From: Styela clava
Lineage: Eukaryota
DNA length: 64,000 nucleotides
Reading direction: 5' to 3'
Assembly: GCF_964204865.1 (NCBI RefSeq)
Contig: NC_135250.1
Location: 25,482,001-25,546,000, forward strand
Shown: one piece after another, positions 41,501 through 55,081 of the stretch
How positions within the stretch are numbered: position 1 is the first letter of the stretch
How the letters are laid out: each line of letters starts with the position of its first letter
Notes under the pieces: model-generated
Told to the model about the DNA's origin: nothing
Database searches by the model: none
Seen by the model: the letters and a program-made list of their open reading frames with translations, nothing else
Position numbers and translations under genes: made by a program

Positions 41501-44399
41501 AGTTGCAGACGTTATTTGATATTTGTTGAATTGTGGGATTTCCAGCCACTGAAAGTAATGACCAAAAGATTAGTTAACATAGATTACAAAATTAAAGAAC
41601 GTTATTTATATTCACCCTCATATGATTCAGTTGTATTTTTCTCGGTTTTGCCAATTCGATAACGACAACTATAAGATCCCGCATCTGCAATATTTGCGTT
41701 TTGAAGATTCAATATTGCTGATCCATTTTGTAACGTTTGATAAACTCTACTTGTAGTTGCGGTTGATACTTTGTTAGATGATTTGTACCAATCAACTTGT
41801 GTAACAGCGCTGCATTCTGTTGCAGAACACCTTTTCTGGTTTCCGTTGATGGTTTGTATTCTAACGAACGGGCCTGGAAATACTGAAGCAGAATGTGTGA
41901 AATTTGAAGCTGTAAATAACACAAATTGGTTTAGAATAAGAAAAACTAGGTTGATTACTTTGGTTCGTAGTTAGCGCAACTCTGTTTGTAACACAATTTG
42001 AATTGAGTGATTGAAGCCCAATAATTCTATTATGAGCATTCAGTGGCACCGAAAAACAATACTTGTATCGTATACTTGTATATGTGATCTGTATTGATCA
42101 GTTCCAATTGAATATTCTTAATTTGACAATCTATTTCAATTTATATTTAATTTACGATCAATATTTAAGTACTAGCTTATTGGACAGGAAGTTGATATAT
42201 TTGAGTTTTGCTGGGACAGTTACTGTAGTGTTCTGGGTACTATAGCATTTCAACAGTTCAAGCTTCCTTCTAATATCGTATGATTTTTGTGGAATTGTTG
42301 TTGAAAATTATGTTTGAACTTTGTGTGCATATATTTGAGTTTTGCTCCATTGTTTCTTTAGATAGAACCTATGCAACTTGTTACGTTTCCTTTACCTCCA
42401 GTTGCGCACGAATTGAGAAAAATCAATGAATATTACCTTTCTGGCAAATGTAGTAGATGATTTCATCACAAGATATATCAATCCACTCATACGTTTTTTT
42501 TCCAACTGCCAAACAATCTTCATTGCCAAAATTGTTTGGTTCATTCGAATACCTGATAAATTTAGAAGCCGAATTAATTATTCTAAAAATTATGCAGGCT
42601 CTAAGCAACTAATTTAAGAAATAGTTAGTGACAAGTTGTTACGCAGATATACCTTCTAAATATTTTCCGAACAGGAGAAGTATTGATATAATAAATATGG
42701 AATTAAAATTTTAAATTTTAGCTAGGCATAAGTTATTCAATTGCCCCTAACAGGTATCTAGTGAGGTTTTTCGGGATTTCACCTCCGACAAAATGAATTT
42801 GACTACGACGAATAATAAATGGCATTTTTGAAGTCATGCCGTGGTATTTCTCTTCACTATAATATTGATAATATGAATACCGCGTGGTATACAAGTTCTG
42901 AAAACTATTTCACGCAGAAAATATATTGTTTATTGAATTCTTTTGCAACTTTTATAAATAAAATTGAAAAACAAACCAGTTTTGATATCCCACTTCTCCT
43001 CTCATTATCACATTAGTACCATCCTGCCATTTCCAATCTTCTTCTATTGCTATGTCGTTTCCACCGATATAAAATGTGTTTACCATGTTTTGTAAGCTAA
43101 TAATATAAAATTGTATCATGTTTTTTTAAAGAAAATAACGGAATCATCGATTAAAAATTGAAAAAACGACCGAAAGAAGAGCTGAAATAGACCACGTACG
43201 CGCTATGATAACTAAAGAGCTTTTTTGTGATGAAGCAAAGTATAAATAAAAACGCTGATTATGCCAGGTAGCCAATAATCAAAAATACCTTTATTTGTTG
43301 AAGCAAAGTAGTATTAAAAAAGCGTTGATTATGCCAGGAAGTCCGCAATAAATAAATAAAATCAGTTAGTTCCGGTGTTTGTGTGATTTGCAAACTTGAA
43401 TTGATTTGTTTAAAAACTAATTCCTAAAAAACCCATTCCGTAAAGAACAGTTTTTGCTTCAATTTATTCAAATATACAAACTTGTGAGCTATATAAATTC
43501 TATTGATCCCTGCTTTTATTGTATTTACGATAGACTACTTGTTTCAATGCAACACATCCAAGGTAAATAAATCGCTATGTATATGTTAAAACTAAAAGGA
43601 TTTCTGGATACATCAGGCTGGGATTGGTTATACGATATATTGTAAAAATAAAAAAGTACATAGTTGGGATTATTGCAGTACTACTATATGCTTTCTAAAA
43701 GAAACATAAAACCTTCAGCTCTTTTACATCACTGTACAGACAATATCCTATTTCAACTCACGCTTATAATAAGTGTTTAATCTACATCGAGATGGTACAA
43801 ACAACAGTGAGATAATCAATTCCGCTTATTTACTGCTAAAGTTTCATTCAATACATAGAAATATTCACATATTAAATAACACCAAGATATCAAAAATAAG
43901 TTTCTTTTTAACTCACTCGAATGCTGAATTAATGACTGTCGTCATTCTCTCATTATCAACTTTAGCTAAGTAACCTCCCAATCTTTCACAGAATGTTTTT
44001 GCTTTTTCGTAAGTTTTACCTTGTTTGTAAAAAAGCAGTTCAAACCCATCAACACATTCTTTCTTCCAGGGATCTGAAACAAAACGGTATCTGGAATTGT
44101 AATCAGATTCAAATTTGAACAATTGAATAAATAACAATTCTCATTTATTAACTGAAAATTTGACAAAAGATAAAATTTGAATGATAGATTGAATAAGTAT
44201 ACAATACTTTAAAAACTGAGATTTTTTAATTTACTACAAGGAAACTTTGTATTTGTCCGTGAGAACGCAACCTATTCATAAACAAAAGGTTTTCATCAAG
44301 ATATGACCAAAAGTTTTTATTCATAAAATTCAACTAACCTTGAGCTGAAACACTGGTGATAAGGATCGAAAACAATATCACCAAAATTTTAAGATTCAT
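38574..44399 (-). CDS. Receptor copy D (short form, apparently intact, 11 exons, 603 aa): SP-CTLD(EPN)-Ig-FN3-FN3-TM-Tyr-repeat tail
   Basis: Exons 44399-44339, 44073-43917, 43096-42977, 42552-42437, 41882-41616, 41548-41446, 41130-41016, 40837-40655, 40288-40099, 39496-39326, 38902-38574. All introns GT-AG, 1812 nt, open throughout; CTLD has WYSNEPNNFGNEDC..WIDISC. Confidence 0.85.
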
Positions 44400-47300
44400 C
44401 TTTATTATTCGAAAGACACAGTTTTCGACATTTGTCGTCAACTTAAATATTACAACCTAATTTTATTTCTTTTTGATCAGGTCGTTTCGGGTTTCAATTA
44501 TCATAACTGCAATGTAAAGAATAAAATTAATAAATGCCACTTTAAAAAATAAAATTATAATTTATTGAAATATAAATCAAGCAACTCAAGTAAATGGACG
44601 TGAAAAACATCACAGTTCCTATTGTTGAAGCAATATTATGAATAACGGCGAATCACGTCGACTGATTTGAACCTTTGTGACGTAGAAGATCGACCTTTTC
44701 ACCAGTATGCCCAGCTACATAAATTCGTCCCTTCTCTTATATTCAGATTTTAGTTGATCATAGATCGTTGTTTGTTTAAGACTGAACTGGTTATTAATAT
44801 ATTTCGACATTGCGGCAATATCCATGAGTCTTTCTTGTGGTAAATTACAAGCAGCAGAAGTGGCTGTACCTGCTATGAAGCGAAAGCATTGGAACACTTT
44901 TTCACGAGAATACTTTGATACAGTGATAATAATTACATAACTTATGTGTAAGTTTCTTCATTCACATTTTGAAATAATTCCACTCCTACAAACCGCTACT
45001 AATATTACCGTACCAACATTTCTCGAAACCCGCTCTACATACAATCAGGAAAAGTGAACGTAAATTGTTACGTGTGGATGTTAAACTGAGATGGCTCACT
45101 GAGTCAGTCTACCACTTCCCATCATACTAACAAAAGAGTTGCAAACGCACGGAAACATTAACTTCCAATAATCGTTCCCAAATCACAATGGATTGTGTGT
45201 TCATGCATCAATTATACCTGATGTAATAGCACATATTCATAAGGAAGTATTGCCAGTATATTCGTTAAGCAAACACTGCATAGTGATTATGCTTAGCATC
45301 GTTGTCGCGAGTGGATGATATGAAAACCAAATAATATAACCAAGTGGAAATTGTTTTCCTCTGTCTTTGATTAGTATGTACCTATAGCATCATCCCCTCA
45401 AATGCAATTGAGATCTAATCTCAACACACCCACAATACACTGTATCACACAGATCCTCGACAGGTTCGATAACAAATCAGAATACGTTAATTACAAAACG
45501 TAACGTCTCAAACAAATATGTTGACTTAAATTTTTTTTTTCTCACACTTAAGAAATTCGCATTATTGTGATCTTAGACAAGTAATTCTTACCAGCTAGAC
45601 GAGGTTTGAGGTGAGTTGCGCGAGACTAACTCCCTCTCGTCATCTATGCCTTTATGCTAGAGGTTTGCTTGAAAATAATGTAGGAACATATTTTATTATT
45701 ATGTTGTTTTCTTCCATATTGAAAATACATCGAGTTCTGAATAAGGAATGCCGCATTGAACTAACTGCAAGACGACATTGCTTTAGTGAATTCTATTGAG
45801 GAAACGATATTTCCCGAGAAAGCTATTAGGCAATAACTTTATACGTCGCTTACATAATCTTTTCATGCTTTGTCACAACTTTTAGGATCGTTCATTGTTT
45901 CAAAATAACCCATTTCATTTTTTACACTTTCGAGAGAATACTTTTTTAATGAAATTATGATTTGCAAAAATGGACCGATTACGCGACTAGGTAATGAAAA
46001 TGCAGTATTATAAAGTGTAAAGTTTAATTTGCCAAATATAGGCCACGAAAACCTCTGTATTCATGCTCCCGTTTTAACAACATATAAAATCTTACAATTA
46101 TAATTTGTTTTCTGAATATTTCAATATGTTTATATTATTTTTTTTGAATTGGATGAATTGAGTTCTAATTCCCAAAAAGTTAACATTTGACTTTAATACG
46201 AGTTACATTCGTCCGCGGCACGACGTGACGGCACAACTTGGTCATTTCGAATCCAACACATACGAAAACAAACAACTATCGTTAATAAACGCTTCAACAA
46301 TATGTCTTACGCGGAATCTGGTCACTAGAGCATGAATTCGCATTTTCTTGTAGTTTATGCCAGAATACGCTATGTTAGTCGGACAGCTTGGGTCGAGTGT
46401 TCGAACAAACTAGTTTGGCTAAAATAAAACTCTAAAGCAGCTCGACAATAGAACGGTACTAAGCCCCAGTGTCGGTACGGAGACTGACGTTATCGCATTA
46501 CTTTTAATACACACTAAACTCCACCGCCTTATGTGGCTTGATCAAGCTCCCAGTAATTGCACCGGCCCCGCCATCTATGCCATCGGGAAACATGATCAGT
46601 CTAATATCGACATCACATCTCAACACCATCGTCGCAACAGCCCAATACAGCACTTCAAGGACGACCGTTTGGCATTTTGGCACAATAGCCATTTTTTGGA
46701 TTAGGAGTCACAGGGGATTCACAACTTTGCAAGTTATTAACGCCGAACAGGAAGCTATTGTTCTTAACGAAACCAAAGTTGTGTATGTCTTTGGGTGACT
46801 GCAAAACTGAACAAACAGTATTGACGCCTCGTAGAAATACTAAAAATTCACACCCACAATTCATTGAAACTATTGTTTTTACCGAAACCATGGCTTTGTA
46901 TGTCTCTGGGTGACTGCAAAACGGAAAGAACAGTATTGACGTCTCGTATAATTACTAAAAATTCACAACCTCAAATCATTGAGTCACGTTAGTATATGAG
47001 GTATGTATTGCTAAAGTGACAGTATTTTATTCTGTATATACAATGTTAATATATGAAAGTAAAAACATATTGCTGGGCAATTTAATGAACATATATAAAT
47101 TTAATGTGGAGCAGAAATATAATATATTAATATAATGTATATATAATATCGTTTCAAAGATGGCAATGTGTGGGATTTTGAGTTTGTTGGAGAACAATTT
47201 TGTCAAATCTTGTTTCTCCGTCATTACTGTTTTAATTTGGTGAAATGATAAAAAATTTAAATTATAAAAAACAAAAACACCATAAGTTTCTTGATTGCAG

Positions 47301-48101
47301 TAGTCAGTAAAAATAATTTCACATTCAAACTCACCAATATTTATACATCTAAATATACAAAAAAACTTTTAATCAAACGATGGTTAATTTCTACATCGAT
47401 TAAAATCTGGGTACGTTCGAGAGAAAAGTTTGCAATGCGAAAGTTTTTGGCATTTTGTTATTATACATTACCGGCTTCCCGAAAATTTGAAATAACTGAC
47501 GAGACCAAAACTGCATTTGCGATTATTTCAACTCATCACTCTATTTATACTTTTTGAAAACGTATATGTCTCAGATACAAGGAATTCCAAGCACAATATT
47601 GTCATTCACTAGAAATTAGAGGTATCGGTGCTAGATGTTCAAGTGATATTAACTTATTGCTCTTCATCTTCATAATAAGTTTATATTACTTATATCTGTA
47701 CAAATATATCAGCAACATTTAGAAATAATAAAAAAGAGAAATCAACAAAAAAAACAAAGTGTCGTAGTAATGTGAAACACTCTTTGAAGTCAAACTTTCC
47801 TTTTCTGTGAAAAAGCAATAAAAATATAGAAACTCACGAAGGACGGATTGCTCATTATCAATTCCCCATGATATTTAAAAAGCGAAACAAAGAGGGCAGG
47901 TGAAAATTCGACAAACAATATATTTAAATACCACACAGTATCGCTTAAAGCATTTGCAGGACCTGGCGAATAAAAACCTCTAGCGTCAACTAGTGACGAT
48001 TTGCAAAACTACAACAGTCATAACACGTATATTGTCACAATTTCGACATCTTCAGCAGATATTCCACTTTTACTATTATTGCTTAATTTATTTGTTTACA
48101 G

Positions 48102-50042
48102 TTGCATATTTGTACTCGTTCACAAAAATTTGAAGACATCTGATGACGTACTTTCTTTGACTGACATGATAAAACTTAACGATAAAGTGGATGGAGATGA
48201 ATATATTGCTAAAGCAATATCTGTGAAAAGGTTAGAAGTATTTATTTTTTTTTTCAAGTATTCTACAAGGTTATTTGAGTTGATTATGTGATTTCATGTA
48301 AATGATATTTGTCAAATTCAGGTGATGGATGTTATATATTGGGATATGAGATTTTGTTTGAACGTCATACCGAAATATATCATTGGAACTAAATGAATTT
48401 GACTTTTCTATGCTACGCATATTTACGCCGTTCGCTTGAAAATCACATTTTTTGTCCGTGTGAACGCCATGCCATTGAATATTTTAGCATGAAGGGGAAG
48501 CGAATGAATATCACACTCGGTGAAGAATCGATGACAACATGTGATGTAATAAATATCGGAGAGTCAGGAATACAAAATGAACAATCTTCTGGAAAAGAAA
48601 CTATATTAACGGGAAGAATTAGGAAACTAGATAAAGAGATCGTAATCTATACTTCTTCAAACACATGCTTTAATTGAAAGTTTTAGCATAAATGCAATCA
48701 ATACCTCTTAGTAGAGAAAAGATAAAGAAATTGAACATATTTTTTGACGCAAAATTAAATTTTTTACTTAATTCCTTCTTTAATATATAAATGTATATAA
48801 GTATATTTTTTTAATTTATACTTTATCATTTTGTCATAATGTATAAGATAACTTATCTTGCTTCAGCATCTCAATCGTTTATTCGACGTCATCTGGCGAC
48901 CAAATAATTTTCAAACAAAGTCCTTCAATCACTCTGAACAGCGCTGCTATAGATGATGAGGGTAAGGAAGACTATTCTATATTTCTGTGTAATAGAGAAT
49001 TTTGGTCTAGGTCAATAGGTTGAGATAAAAAAAGAAGTGAGTTATCTCAGTGAGAATATAAGCCTAACCCGGTTTGGGTCCAACTCCAAGCAATGTTACG
49101 AGAGAATACTTTTGAAAAATTTCCAGAAAAAGAAAACTTGACATGGAACATTGGCTCGAAGATGAAGTGTTATTTTATCGGAAGCACTTTTACTATCTTT
49201 TCGGATTTTTAAATATTGATCATGTGACTATTTTTAATGATTATGATTTTTTTCAATTTTATTAGTATTTTTGAAACCAAAGCTCTTCAAAATCATCTGG
49301 AATTAATGGTAATATTTTTTTTTAGAAAAACATTCATTCGAGTTCAACATCGCGAGTTTCGTGATCGGTTTTCTTATTCCTTTTGTCTTCTTGGTCGTCT
49401 CTGCCGGGATCATATACAAATTGAGGAAGAAAATAAAGAATCTGGAAAAATATGCTGAAGCAAAAGAACACAATTACGAGATTATAAAAGAAAAAGGTAC
49501 TTAGAATTAATGTTAATCAGAAAAGCATTATTCTTGTAGAAAATATTGTTCCTATATAACCAACTAGTTTTATGAATATTCAAAAAAATATTAATAATTA
49601 CTCATATTGTAAACACAACAGAATATGTTCGGGATCAAATTTGTATCTCCAATTTATTTATTATTACATAGAATGAATCTTAGTAAGATTTAAAAGTTTA
49701 GTAAGTTATTGATGTACAAATATTATAACCCGGCGATTTGCAATTTCAAAAAACCCCAAGAAAATTTGCATAATAAAACAAATGTAAATGTATTTCTGAG
49801 AGACATGTTCATCTTGAATTACTGAAATTTAAAATGGATTGGTCTAATATTAGCCCATTACACCAATATTATAAATCTTATTGGAATTTTTATTTAATTT
49901 GATTCTCAAGCAATTAGCAAATCCTTCCAACAACCAGTTGTATCCGAATGTACTGCAAGAAACTACCGAAAACAAACAAGCTTATTCTGCCACAACTATC
50001 CAAAGACATGGGGAATCAGCTTACGAAACTTACAACGCCTAA
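48102..50042 (+). pseudogene. Receptor copy E: inverted, divergent 3' fragment (exons 11-15)
   Basis: Plus-strand exons ~48102-48230 (CIFVLVHKNL..YIAKAI), ~48488-48640 (MNITLGEESMTTCDV), ~48867-48961 (ISIVYSTSSGDQI), 49326-49496 (TM FVIGFLIPFVFLVVSAGIIY..EHNYEII), 49918-50042 (single tail unit ending SAYETYNA*). No 5' exons in place; exon-12 donor is degenerate. Confidence 0.75.
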
Positions 50043-50390
50043 TAAACTCAATATCTATTCGCATATTATAAAAAGAAAAAAAGGTTGGTCTTCATAAAAC
50101 ACTCGGTGATGTTGTGACTAACAATGTCTTAGCTGTTGGTTAGAATATTTCAATCGTGATGGTGTCAATGGATAAAATTCTTACAAGTCGACTCAATTAT
50201 CAATCTCCATCCAATTTCTCTGAAGCTGATATGAATATACTAATATCATACGGCATGTATTCTCATTTTCAATTATGAAGAAAATTGACTTAAAATTAGC
50301 CACGTAGTAATTCGATGATATGCCCAAAATGCCCATCTTCCGTCGGCCAGGGTTTTTTTATTGATATGGATGTCTTAATCTGGTGCTCTC

Positions 50391-50600
50391 GAAATTTGCG
50401 TACCAAGATGGCGTACACCGGAACGTAGTATGTGTACCGCATGTGTAATTTTATTCCAATTTTCCATATTTTAGTTCTATTACGAGTTCGAGGACTAGCC
50501 AAGTGACTACCGTAGTATTTGTATCTGAAATTAAGGCTTAACCCTAACCTGGTACATATACTACGTTCCGGTGACCGCCATCTTGGTTCACATACTTCCC
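50391..50600. mobile_element. MITE with ~37-bp inverted repeats
   Basis: ACCAAGATGGCGTACACCGGAACGTAGTATGTGTACC (50402-50438) pairs with 50551-50587; internal CCCTAACC. Confidence 0.65.
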
Positions 50601-51029
50601 TTAATCTTACAAAACGTCACTAGACATTTTCAAATCACTTGATTATTTAAGTGAGTATTTAGCGAAACCACGTGATACCTATTTTTATTGTTCATTGCAT
50701 ATTCACTCGTCTTTGTTATTTCGTTTTTATTTTATTTTATTTTTTATTATATCTGAGGGTGTTGTTAGCTCCATAGCTAAACAATCCGTCATTCTCAACT
50801 CATAATATTTAAACATTTATCGTAACAACTTCGTCAATTCGTGATTTTTTGTGTAATAGATCCATTAATTCTGATTCTTAATATGAAAAATCATCATTCA
50901 ATTCTGAACCTTCGCTGACGCTGCAAATATCCCTATTATGTAAATCATTCTCGTACTTTTACTGGAAAAAGCAAATGTGACTTATTACGTTGATGTTATT
51001 ACCTTGGCTTATTACTTTAACTTATTATG

Positions 51030-51197
51030 CAGAGTGTCCATAAAGTCCCTTTACAATTTCAATTTTTGTTATGAAGCCAGTTTATATCTTAAGTATTTTT
51101 ACTTCATTTAATACATCTGTGAGGGCCAAAATAAAGTGGGGCATCGGTAAATTTCCTCTTGCAATTTTAAAAATGTCAAGACCTTATGGACACCCTA
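51030..51197. mobile_element. Tc1/mariner-like MITE
   Basis: TIRs CAGAGTGTCCATAA / TTATGGACACCCTA in AT-rich flanks. Confidence 0.55.
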
Positions 51198-51544
51198 TAT
51201 AATGAGTCAAAAATCAAAGGAATTTTCAAAGCTCACAAGTTTAAATATTTAAACAAATATATAGCCTACTTGTACAAAAACTGTTTTATACATAATTGAT
51301 TTTATAGTAATTATTAGCTATTATCAGTTAACCTGCCTGCGGATTATACTAGCAATATTCTTTATAGGCTATCTGGTTTTATCAACATTTTTTAATAGTA
51401 CTTTGCTTTATCACGCAAAGGCTATTATGTTATTTTAATACGTCTATAGTCTCAACTTTTCAGTCAGTACTCTTTACGATGTAAACTAAGGCTCTGGTCT
51501 TTACTTCAAAATAAAAAAAATGATAAGGTTTATATATTCTAAGC

Positions 51545-51660
51545 ATATATATAAGGTGATGAAAACACCATTCATATTAGTGAAACGACCTAGCTAGAGA
51601 GGGACATTGGAAATGGCAGGATGGTACTGATGTGATAATGATAGGTGAAGTTGAATATTA
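51545..51660 (+). pseudogene. Isolated decayed CTLD exon-3 fragment of the receptor family
   Basis: Acceptor ttctaag followed by frameshifted sequence reading ...DLAREGHWKWQDGTDVIMIGEVEY, homologous to exon 3 (DIAREGDWKWQDGTDVIM). Confidence 0.7.
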
Positions 51661-54600
51661 ATATATACCAACCAACCAAATTATTCTCTAAAAAGTCAAA
51701 GTATATACATACTGCATTTCTAAAAATGAGGTAGATTTTAGCTTAAGATAGTTCATCCAATTGGTGACTAGTACTTAACAAGTAATCCAAAAGGAGGAAT
51801 TCCCCTACGACAGACAATGGCATTATTGAAGTCTCGCTTGCCGTTGAATTTGCTACACTCTTGTGGATACTACACGACATGAAAGTTATAAAAAATAATT
51901 TAAGAAGCAATTTTTTTTTTTTTCAATTTTTTTAAATATAGTTGAGGACCAAATCAGTTTTGATATCTTACTTCACCTCTCATCATTTAAAATTCAAATT
52001 TATAAATACGAGAAAATTGTTTGCCGATCAATAATGGAATGGGTTCAATATGCTCAATTCTAACTTTCGTTCCGCCAATGATCAAGAATTGATTTTTTGC
52101 TGAGTTGCATTCTAGTCGGAACTGGTGTTGAGGAGTGACAACGGTACTGCTGTACTGGCTTGTTCACGTTTTAACCTGTGGTGCAGTGCAAGCTTAGCAA
52201 TCGCCGTTGTAATACTTAGCAAGATAGGTAGTAATTCATTCCAAAAGCATAAAGTTAAACTGTGGATAAGTACGCCGAACAATCGCCGAGTGCATAATGA
52301 AACAATTCGCTGGCATTGAATGAATACCAATAAGGAGCCTACATATGATGTAAAGATGAAAAGGACGTTAAGGCAGCATGACAGAATCGAAATATAATGA
52401 ATCAGGTTTATGAAGAAAAGTAATTGAAATTCAACTAACGCAGATAGGCCTACAGTAAAAGTTTTTATCGGTACTGCAAAATCTACCTATATATTGAATG
52501 ACAACTCAAACAATATCTTTGGTATTATATATGCATAAACAGTTTTATGGTCTTATAATTTGACCATGCCAATTCGCAACGTTTTTAACATTTTTTTAAT
52601 GGCGTGTTATTGTTTTGTTCTGTGTGCATATCGTTTTAAGAATATCGGTATTGGCCTCATCATTTACAGACCTGTACACGCGTGATTGGTGTGTTTCCTG
52701 TGAATTGCTTTTATAAGTGTCTGTGCACATAATTTACCAACATAGCTTCGATTAAAGTTTGTATTTTGCTTCTTTTAAACCAATGCCAAATCAGTTAAGT
52801 TATTCGTGGCTTCCGACTATTCTCGTTAGTCGTTACTTTGTCACATTGTATTTGTATCAGATTGAATAGATCATTATCAGCTTAAGTATTTTAAAAGTAG
52901 CCTACAACAGCCTGAACGTTCAATACGTTCGCGTATTTTTTGCGTGTTTATTTCTGGCCCATTCCTCGTTTAACAAAGTTTGTGTTTTTTGTTAGTGACT
53001 TGATCAAGCTACCAAGAATTGGACCAGTCCCTCCCACTATATCATCGGAAATGAAAAACTCAGTCTGATACCGGCATCAAATCTCAACAACACCTCTGTA
53101 ACACAACATAACAGCTATTTAAGTAAACATTGTTCACAGGTTGGGGGAATAGCTATATTTTGGATTGAGATTTCATGCGCAAATATTGCACTATCTCATC
53201 TATTACTATCAGGTGAAGAAAAATTAATATAATATTTACAACGTTGCTAGTTATTTGCGTCAAATCGGAAATCACTGTTATTCACGAAACCACAAGCTTC
53301 TTATGTCTTTTGGTTACTGCATGTCGAAACTGTACAAACAGTAGTGACACCTCGTAAAATGATTACAAGTTCACACCCACAATTCATTGAGTCACTTTTG
53401 TACATAAGACATGCATTGCTAAACCAACTGTATTTAATCTGTATATACACATTTAATATTAGATGTCAAAATCATATTGTTGAGCAATATAATGAACAAA
53501 TATAAATTTAATACGAAGCAAAAATAACATATATTTTAGTTTCATAGAAGATAATGTTTGAGATTTTTAAGATTGTTGTAAAACGAGTTTGTCAAATATT
53601 GTTTATCTGTTATTTTCCTTTTTCCACGTATATTTACAAATATTTGAAAGATCACATATACAGCACATGGAAGTTTTACACGACCCTGCTCAAATTTTGC
53701 TATATCACTTAAAACAGTTTTCATTCGGTGTAACTTATAAATAGCGAAATGCTTGTGCATGTCACATGTTTCCTGATTGCAGTAGACAGTGAAAATATTT
53801 TCACATTTAAACGCACCAACATGTATACATCTGAATAGAGGAGATTTTTTAATATATCAAGACTTAATTTCCATATAAACTTCTCTGAGTACGTTCGTGA
53901 GAAACGTTTGCAATATGTAAGTTTTTACCTTTATTTAATTACACATGGCCAACTTCCCGGAAATTTAAAATAAGTAACAAACTCAAATCTGAATTTGCGA
54001 TCTTTTCAACTGCTTACTCTATTTATACTTCTTGAAAACGTATATATATGTCTCAGTCACAAGTATTTCCAAGCACAATATTGTTCTTCAATGGAAATTA
54101 GAGGTATCGGTGCTGGATGTTCAAGTGATATTAACTTTTGCTCAATCTAATACGATTATAATAATAGGTCTGTACAAATAAAGCAGCAACATTTACAAAT
54201 GAAAATAAAGAAATCAACAAAGTAAACAAAATGTCGCAGTAATGTGAAACACTCTTTAAAGTCAAAATTTCCTTTTCTGAGAAAATACAATAAAAATTTA
54301 GAAACTTACGATAGACGGATAGATCGTCAGCGATACCCATAATTAATTAAAATGCGAAACAAAAATGTCTAGTGAAAATGCAAAAAACAATAGAATTAAA
54401 CACCACATGGTTTAGCTTGAGGCATTTGCAGGACCTGGTAAATAAAAATCTCTAGCCTCAACTGGTGACGATTTGCAAAATTACAGACAGGCGCATCACG
54501 TACCTGAGGAAATCCCATGTCCGATGAAATGCGTGCATTTCAGACATAACATCCAATTACTACTATAAGAATAACGGACTATTTTTAGTCGAAAGAAGCA

Positions 54601-55081
54601 TTCTTTCATTTTTGTTTTCTATTTTTAGTCAACAAGAAGAATTTATTCATTCTTGGAAATGAAACTATAAAACTTTCCTATTTTATTGTATATGCGTATT
54701 AGTTGTCGGGCATGGAAATTATAACGAGCAAGACAAAATGAGTGAACTTCTCAAGAAAGGTTTCGGATTTTTATTGCTGTATTATAATACACAGACTTAA
54801 CCCGAACTACAAGTCGTTTACAAGAATGCATGCTGGAATATACATGTTCGCGACATGACCTACAGAGCTGATTACACTCTGGGTGAAAAAGTGAATAGAT
54901 ACTGCTGATTGCTCTGTTCCGGCTATGACATAGAGATGACAATCGATACCAACTTGACTGACTACTTCAATAATAACGAGATTATATGTAACAAGTATAC
55001 CTAGTGTTTCGTCAATGAACAACTATTTTGAATTTTTTACATTTTGTAATTTGCTGATAGTTACTGCTCAGCTGAAATTCA

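Noticed and set aside
46500-46900. ORFs in the spacer repeated at ~28000-28450 and ~53000-53400
   Set aside because: Reading frames are not conserved between the copies and no domain is recognisable.
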